A program made the position numbers and the translations under genes. Under the pieces are notes generated by a model that worked only from the letters and a program-made list of their open reading frames with translations, did no database searches and had not been told where the DNA came from. This document shows, one piece after another, positions 23,587 to 28,920 of a DNA stretch of 28,920 nt (position 1 is its first letter; the number at the start of each line of letters is the position of its first letter). The DNA comes from a virus (lineage: Duplodnaviria > Caudoviricetes), in IMG/VR virus record IMGVR_UViG_3300010361_000031, positions 1-28,920 of that record. One strand, written 5' to 3'.

Positions 23587-24687
23587 TCAGCCTGGAGCGC
23601 TTCGCTTGAGCCAGTTGAGATTTGGCCGCCCAGACTGCTCCTCGTACCAGCCGCGCCCGGCAGCGACGCTCGCAGCCATGTCCCAAAATTCGTCGTACAT
23701 CGTGGCGACGCGCGACATGGTAAAATTCATGGCCCAGTCCCGACAGGCTTGCGGCTTGATCAGATCGATATTCCTGACGGCCCACAAATAGTGGTCGAAC
23801 GTGCGGCAGCGAAAACCGGTGACGCCGTGGATGTTGTTCTCGGCGAAGGCGCCCCAGTCGCTGGTTATCGTCGGCGTACCCGACATGTGAGCCTCGGTGA
23901 CGACGCCGCAGAACGGCTCCAGATACGTCGATGGCGCCAGCAGGGCGCGGGCGTTGGCGAGCAACCTGCGGCGCTTTTCGATATCGGCTATGCCGACTTG
24001 CTCGATGCCGGGATAATCAAACTCCATTCGGCCCGGGCCGGCGATGACGAGCTGGAGAGCGAGCCGCTTCGCGATCTCGGCGGCGACGTGAACGCCCTTG
24101 CCTTCCTCGACTCTGCCGAGGCAAAGCAGATAATCGCCCTTCGCTTTCAGATACTCAAAGTCGCCCGGATTAAAATAATTCGGGATGACGACCTCGTACG
24201 CGTTCATCGTATTTCCGCGAGCGACGGCAGTCGTGCCCTTGTAGGCGTGCAACATCGCGTAGCTTTCGAACACTTTGAATTGCGCAAAATGCCCCGACGC
24301 GTAGCCGATGCCGGGCTCGACGATGATCAGATCGCTATGGGCGTCTGCGACGCGTCTGTGTCCGGCTCCCCACATGCAAAGCAGGAAATCGCCGGGCCGC
24401 TTGTAGCGCTCAATTCCTGCGATGGCTGCGGTCGCAAATAATCGGCTTGTCCGGTCGTTGAGATCGAACGAGAGATAGCTTTCGGGCTCGCCCAGGTCGC
24501 CCGCCTCCGTGACGCTAACGTGCTGGCACGGGACCGCAGAAGCCTCATTCCCGTAGTGGACGACATGATGTCCCCCATCGACAAGCATGCTGACCAGCTT
24601 CAGGACCTTTTGCGTAAAGGCGCAGCACAGCCAGTCCTGATTGGTCGCAGTGTGCGGAATTCCTAAGACGTGAAACCGATAAGTCAT
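23587..24687 (-). CDS. GT-B fold family-4 glycosyltransferase
   Basis: LGRVEEGKG, EPFCGVVTEAHMSGTPTITSDWGAFAE (EX7E), GVTGFRC. Confidence 0.88.
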   Translation of the reverse strand: MTYRFHVLGIPHTATNQDWLCCAFTQKVLKLVSMLVDGGHHVVHYGNEASAVPCQHVSVTEAGDLGEPESYLSFDLNDRTSRLFATAAIAGIERYKRPGDFLLCMWGAGHRRVADAHSDLIIVEPGIGYASGHFAQFKVFESYAMLHAYKGTTAVARGNTMNAYEVVIPNYFNPGDFEYLKAKGDYLLCLGRVEEGKGVHVAAEIAKRLALQLVIAGPGRMEFDYPGIEQVGIADIEKRRRLLANARALLAPSTYLEPFCGVVTEAHMSGTPTITSDWGAFAENNIHGVTGFRCRTFDHYLWAVRNIDLIKPQACRDWAMNFTMSRVATMYDEFWDMAASVAAGRGWYEEQSGRPNLNWLKRSAPG

Positions 24688-25079
24688 TGCCGCAACATCG
24701 CCTCCAGCGCGGCGACGCGCGCAACCAGATCGTCGATTTCTTTTGTCAGATCGCGCGGGGGCGGCGACGACTGCGGCAGCGGTTTAGGCTGCCTGTCGGC
24801 GTGCGCCTTGAGCAGTCGCGGCAGCGCTGCGATCAATCTGTCGCCGAAGTCCCAAGGAACATCGCCGACGCCAATGATGCTGACTCGATTCGAGAAGATA
24901 TGCCGTCCCTCGGCCGGGGAATAGAATCGCTCCGTTGCGCCGACCGGCAACGGAGACATGTGCTCGCCGAAGTCTTTCGCGAGATTTTCCGGCAGGTCTT
25001 GATAGACCCCATCGGAGCCGCGAACGAATACCCAGCCATCGGGATGATGATGTACTTCGGCAACTGTCGTCATAGGCAC
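24684..25079 (-). CDS. Tail-fibre-associated hypothetical protein
   Basis: Directly downstream of the fibre gene; C-terminal coiled coil [13 protein letters not shown]. Confidence 0.55.
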   Translation of the reverse strand: MPMTTVAEVHHHPDGWVFVRGSDGVYQDLPENLAKDFGEHMSPLPVGATERFYSPAEGRHIFSNRVSIIGVGDVPWDFGDRLIAALPRLLKAHADRQPKPLPQSSPPPRDLTKEIDDLVARVAALEAMLRQ

Positions 25080-26149
25080 ACCATTATATTGAGAGACGAT
25101 CGCGGGTCGAGGATCGCCATCGGGGCGCCTCCTCCGGCGGCATTTATGGCGCTTCTCGTGCCGGCTGGATAAGTATTCTGGCTGACTTGAATAGCGTCGT
25201 TAGCATCAAGGGTAAGATAGTTAAACTGAGTGGAATGAGCGTGATTAGCCAGCTCTCCAGAACTTTGAGTGTGCGTCTCCGACCCAGCAGAGCTGCCCAA
25301 GTTGCGCGAAGTCAATCCTGCTCCGGCCCCGGCGATGGCGATAGCCCGGCCGAGTGCCTTCGGCAAGATCAATCTGACATTGGCAACCCAGGCCGTTGAG
25401 GCGGTGCCCTGCGCCGCTCGCGTCGTCGCTCCGCCGGCCGAGGTCTGTATCGGTACGTCCGCATCGACGCAGACGTTATAGAACAGCGTAAACAGAGCTT
25501 GATAAGTCGCACCCGTATGCGTCGCGCCCGAGGTCGTATTGCCGATCGAACTGTCGTCCATCATGAGCCAGCCGGCATCGGGCGTCGTCTTGTAGGTCAA
25601 CTTTACGTCGCCGGTTGAAAACGGCGTTCCTGCTGGGCCTGTTGCGCCGGTCGCGCCGGCCGGACCCTGAACGCCAGGAGGGCCGGTCAATCCTGTAGCG
25701 CCAGCTGGACCGCCGATGCCAGTTGCGCCGATCGGGCCAGTGGCCCCGGCTGGGCCGGTTGCCCCGACGGACCCGTTTGTTCCCGCCGTGCCGGTTATGC
25801 CCTGAATTCCCGACGCGCCGACCGGCCCGGTGGAACCCGTTGCGCCGGAAGCACCGATAGGCCCCGTCGCGCCAGTCAGTCCGGTAGCGCCGACAGGTCC
25901 GGTAGAGCCAACCCCCGGACCTGTCGCGCCCGTTGGACCGATCGGCCCAGTAGCGCCGGGCGGTCCTGTGGAACCTGTGTATCCGGTCGCACCGACTGGC
26001 CCTGTTGGACCCGTAGCACCAACCGGACCCGTCGCACCCTGCGGTCCAGTCGGTCCCTGCTGAGGCACACTGATATTGACAGTCTGGACTCCAGGCGTCA
26101 GCACAATGCGAGGCGTACCAGGATCAAAGGTCTCCAATCTGTCCGTCAT
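25070..26149 (-). CDS. Collagen-like tail fibre with a tail-collar-like C-terminal domain
   Basis: Long G-X-Y run; [39 protein letters not shown]. Confidence 0.85.
   Translation of the reverse strand: MTDRLETFDPGTPRIVLTPGVQTVNISVPQQGPTGPQGATGPVGATGPTGPVGATGYTGSTGPPGATGPIGPTGATGPGVGSTGPVGATGLTGATGPIGASGATGSTGPVGASGIQGITGTAGTNGSVGATGPAGATGPIGATGIGGPAGATGLTGPPGVQGPAGATGATGPAGTPFSTGDVKLTYKTTPDAGWLMMDDSSIGNTTSGATHTGATYQALFTLFYNVCVDADVPIQTSAGGATTRAAQGTASTAWVANVRLILPKALGRAIAIAGAGAGLTSRNLGSSAGSETHTQSSGELANHAHSTQFNYLTLDANDAIQVSQNTYPAGTRSAINAAGGGAPMAILDPRSSLNIMVCL
25623..26056 (-). repeat. Collagen G-X-Y coding repeat (about 45 triplets, two interruptions)
   Basis: [12 protein letters not shown] triplets. 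Confidence 0.9.
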
Positions 26150-26529
26150 CGTGTTGTGCCCTCAACAACGTTTGCCGTTCCCTCGAACAAGCGCTCCTGA
26201 TAGCCGTCTGGTCTGAGCCTCACGAGATCGGTCACGTATGATCCGGGGTAAAGCCGGGACAACTTCGCTTCGCGATCGAGGACGATGGTGAAGGCGCCCC
26301 CCATCGAATCAGTAATGATGATGCCGTTGCCCGGTCTGCTGTCGACCCAAAGCAAAGCCTCGTTGTCACTGTCGTGCTCTCTGATTTCCATTTTTAATTC
26401 GCTGCCGGTGATGTCGATCGCCGGTCCAGGCGTGCCGTCAGGGTTCGGCGTCGAATAGAGGAACGAAACGATCCAATCATCGTTTTTCGCGATATTGACG
26501 ATCGCAGAATAATACGCGGGGCCAGCCAT
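26146..26529 (-). CDS. Virion structural/adaptor protein (BppU-N-like)
   Basis: [13 protein letters not shown]...G.FTIVL...YVTDL..RLFEG.ANV pattern within the tail operon. Confidence 0.6.
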   Translation of the reverse strand: MAGPAYYSAIVNIAKNDDWIVSFLYSTPNPDGTPGPAIDITGSELKMEIREHDSDNEALLWVDSRPGNGIIITDSMGGAFTIVLDREAKLSRLYPGSYVTDLVRLRPDGYQERLFEGTANVVEGTTR

Positions 26530-26538
26530 CGGGAAAGC

Positions 26539-27786
26539 TCACTTGCTGATCAGCCAAGCACTGAATCGCGTATAGTTGTCCGGGGATGTAAAGTTGGTAA
26601 TCCCAGCCTGTTGATAGACATTCCCTGTAACCACATCGCCGACGTTTAATTGAAGATGACTCGTCGCGCTCAACGCGTTGCCAGTTCCGGAAACGATCAT
26701 TCCGCTCGACTCGATCGCGGCGCCCTGTCCGTTGACGAAGACCGACATTGACGCATAGTTGCAATCCCTGCTGATCTGTATCAGGTGAACAGAGGCATAA
26801 ATGGCCCATATACCGTCTTCCCCAGCTCCGATCACAAGTCTGCTGCCGTCAAATGTAGACGTTTGAAGATTATTCTTTTGAACATTCGGGTAACTCACCG
26901 TAGTGCCGCCCGGAACGCTCGATGGAACAGTCGTTGCGGCAAATCCCTGCTGACTTGCAATAAGACCACGAAGTTTGGGCGCGGGAGGCTGAAGCACTTG
27001 GCTGCGGCACAGCCCGATAATCTGATAATAGGTGTTGTGATTTTCCAGCAGAATCGTTTCGAGCGCGAGAAGGTCGCCGCCCTGGAGCGGCTGGCCGTCG
27101 TCGCGATAGATTGGAAGAGCCGCGAGCGCGTTGACCTGGATCGTCACAGTGCCCGTGTTCGAATTCTTGACCTTCACTGAAATGAATTGGCCTTCAGTGA
27201 TCGATGTGATCGCTGGGGAATAGGGCGCAACGATCTGGTTGGCAGTCAAGCTGGTGTCGGCGCAATACGGAATTTGAACCGTAAAGGTATTGGACGTTGT
27301 CGCTGGAGCACCGACAGGATTCTGAAGCTGGAATACCGAGCCGGTGTCGGCCAGATTAGCGATCATGCCGGCCGTCACATCGTTGGCGTGGAGGTCCGAG
27401 CCGTCGGTTCGTTTGACCGCCCTCGGTCCCAGCCCATTGACATTGATGACCGTCGCGCCGGTATTCGTATTCGCGATCACCACTCGCAATGGCAAGCCGG
27501 CATGATACTGCTCCAGCGGCGGGGTCAGATTGCACAGGATCGTGTTGGCGGTGACGCTGGTGTCGGTTGTGAAGTTGAGAAACTGTCTTCGTATGCTTTT
27601 AAGCAATTGTTGCAAATCGCCATCGTCTGGAATGAGATCGGAATTTTGAATGACGTTGACGAGTTCTCGTTGCGGCTGTTCGAACGCTGCCGCTGGCGGA
27701 ATCGAGCCCTGAATGCCAGCTGCCGGATTGCCGTTGATGTAGCCGGCATTCGGATCAGAGATTCCATATGGTTGCTGATAACGCAT
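26539..27786 (-). CDS. Tail fibre protein with a duplicated domain and a C1q/TNF-like C-terminus
   Basis: N-terminal GSIPPAAAFEQPQRELVNVI..LQQL baseplate-anchor region; two NTG..INVN repeats; GIWAIYAS...LQLNVGDVV...FSAWLI. Confidence 0.75.
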   Translation of the reverse strand: MRYQQPYGISDPNAGYINGNPAAGIQGSIPPAAAFEQPQRELVNVIQNSDLIPDDGDLQQLLKSIRRQFLNFTTDTSVTANTILCNLTPPLEQYHAGLPLRVVIANTNTGATVINVNGLGPRAVKRTDGSDLHANDVTAGMIANLADTGSVFQLQNPVGAPATTSNTFTVQIPYCADTSLTANQIVAPYSPAITSITEGQFISVKVKNSNTGTVTIQVNALAALPIYRDDGQPLQGGDLLALETILLENHNTYYQIIGLCRSQVLQPPAPKLRGLIASQQGFAATTVPSSVPGGTTVSYPNVQKNNLQTSTFDGSRLVIGAGEDGIWAIYASVHLIQISRDCNYASMSVFVNGQGAAIESSGMIVSGTGNALSATSHLQLNVGDVVTGNVYQQAGITNFTSPDNYTRFSAWLISK

Positions 27787-27800
27787 CGTCTCTCGCCTCC

Positions 27801-28538
27801 TTAAGGAGTGCCGGCCATCGGATCGTCGGGACCCGTCAGACCGGAGTAATCAAATACGATTTGCGTGTGCGCCGGCTTCCAGCGGTTGAGCAGGCATTCA
27901 AGATCGGCGTCGATGCCGATTTCCAGATGATGATCGACGCCAGCCTCGCCGCCACCGCCGCCGCATCGGAACCACCGCAACCCCTTCGACGCGACGTGAA
28001 CCGTCCAGTAAAACCGCATCTCAGGCGGCCCGATGTACCAGCGATAATCGCCGATCAGCGGATTCGGATTGAGCGGTGGCGTTCGCGTATCCCCAGCGTT
28101 GCTGACGCCAGCCATGAATGGCGCGTATTCTGAAATCGTAATTGTGTAGCCAAGCATCCTCATGGCTACATCGTTGATAAAGAAATCTCGCGACTGCCCG
28201 CCAAGCAAAGTCATCTTGAAGACGAGCATTCTTTGTCGCGCGCTAATCGTCGGCGTCGATTGGAAGCACGGATCAGGCAGGCCGAAGTTTCGCTCCCAGT
28301 CCGGCAGGAGTTCTACCGTTTTGCGCGGATCGCTTTCCTGCTCAAGCAGATCGCCGGCCCTGGCGTCGCAGGTGCCCCAATAGTTGGCGAGCCCGTAGAC
28401 GCTGCGGACGAGAGTCGAATCGACATCGCGCGGCCAAGCAGCGCCCTGCGGCAGTAGACCGAGCATCGCCTGGGCATAATCCGAACCCGATCGGCGGACG
28501 TGTCGATCCTTGTCAGGCAGCGGGACTGTCGTGGGCAT
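27801..28538 (-). CDS. Baseplate protein, DUF2313/YmfQ (Mu gp48-like)
   Basis: LLPQGAAWPR, ELLPDWERNFGLPD, LECLLNRWKPAHT; GGAG RBS before ATG 28538. Confidence 0.88.
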   Translation of the reverse strand: MPTTVPLPDKDRHVRRSGSDYAQAMLGLLPQGAAWPRDVDSTLVRSVYGLANYWGTCDARAGDLLEQESDPRKTVELLPDWERNFGLPDPCFQSTPTISARQRMLVFKMTLLGGQSRDFFINDVAMRMLGYTITISEYAPFMAGVSNAGDTRTPPLNPNPLIGDYRWYIGPPEMRFYWTVHVASKGLRWFRCGGGGGEAGVDHHLEIGIDADLECLLNRWKPAHTQIVFDYSGLTGPDDPMAGTP

Positions 28539-28920
28539 ATTGGATGTCTCCGAGTACAGCCATATGACCATTGTCCGGCATTACAGTTTCGTCCTGCGGA
28601 TTGTTGCCCAAGGCATAACTTACGACTCCCACGGCGTTAATGATCGCTTCATCGCTCCATGCCCGATACCAGATTTGACCCGGCTGGGCTCTTTGCGTGA
28701 ACATCGTCTTGAGGCTTTCCGTAATATTCGCCCGCGTCGATGCGTCGTCGCTGTTGAGATTGACGATCAGCAGATTGATCGGAAACGGAATCGGCGCAGC
28801 CACAAAGAAATCCTTCACAGCGACCGGACGCACCTGATCGAGATAAGCCTGGACGTTCGCGACATCGGTCGGCGTCGGGAAGCCGTCGTAATCGGCACGC
28901 AGGTCGTCCATCATGAAGCG
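28513..28920 (-). CDS. Baseplate J-like (Mu gp47-like) protein, C-terminal part
   Basis: GFPTPTDVANVQAYLDQVRPVAV...AVLGDIQY; directly upstream of DUF2313. Confidence 0.85.
   Translation of the reverse strand, partial: RFMMDDLRADYDGFPTPTDVANVQAYLDQVRPVAVKDFFVAAPIPFPINLLIVNLNSDDASTRANITESLKTMFTQRAQPGQIWYRAWSDEAIINAVGVVSYALGNNPQDETVMPDNGHMAVLGDIQYAHDSPAA

Larger units (their letters stand above)
1..28920. mobile_element. Temperate phage genome segment (Mu-like baseplate, tyrosine integrase), alphaproteobacterial host
   Basis: Baseplate J/DUF2313/tail-fibre genes, endolysin, YqaJ-like exonuclease, integrase with Xis-like genes and dense small overlapping ORFs; no host housekeeping genes seen. 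Confidence 0.93.

Overview
About 29 kb of a temperate, Mu-type contractile-tailed phage of an alphaproteobacterial (probably Hyphomicrobiales/rhizobial) host. The host call rests on GapR-like and GcrA-like genes and a CTTGAT-N17-CTATAT promoter. From left to right: an adenine methyltransferase and a GapR-like gene (- strand); a YqaJ-like exonuclease with a putative annealing partner, then Xis-like, DnaJ-domain and two ParB-like genes; the locus described next; an amidase endolysin and many small accessory genes; a tyrosine integrase beside what looks like an intact attP; a second accessory cluster; and the distal tail/baseplate operon (- strand) with a collagen-like fibre and a GT4 glycosyltransferase. 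The standout locus is 7276-9780. It encodes a 422-aa TnpB/Cas12f-like protein whose RuvC catalytic residues appear lost and whose C-terminal Zn-finger/RuvC-III is missing. A coupled 92-aa ORF follows, then a 16-unit CRISPR-like array. The 27-nt repeat core can fold as an H-type pseudoknot (with a compensatory change in the last unit), and spacers range from 15 to 54 nt. One spacer translates to the catalytic box of an integrase resembling this phage's own. My inference is a phage-encoded, multiplexed RNA-guided DNA-binding (silencing) system aimed at competing mobile elements. Other observations are a candidate anti-Shine-Dalgarno sRNA and a 13-bp operator shared by two promoters. All calls are by eye; no database search or folding program was run.
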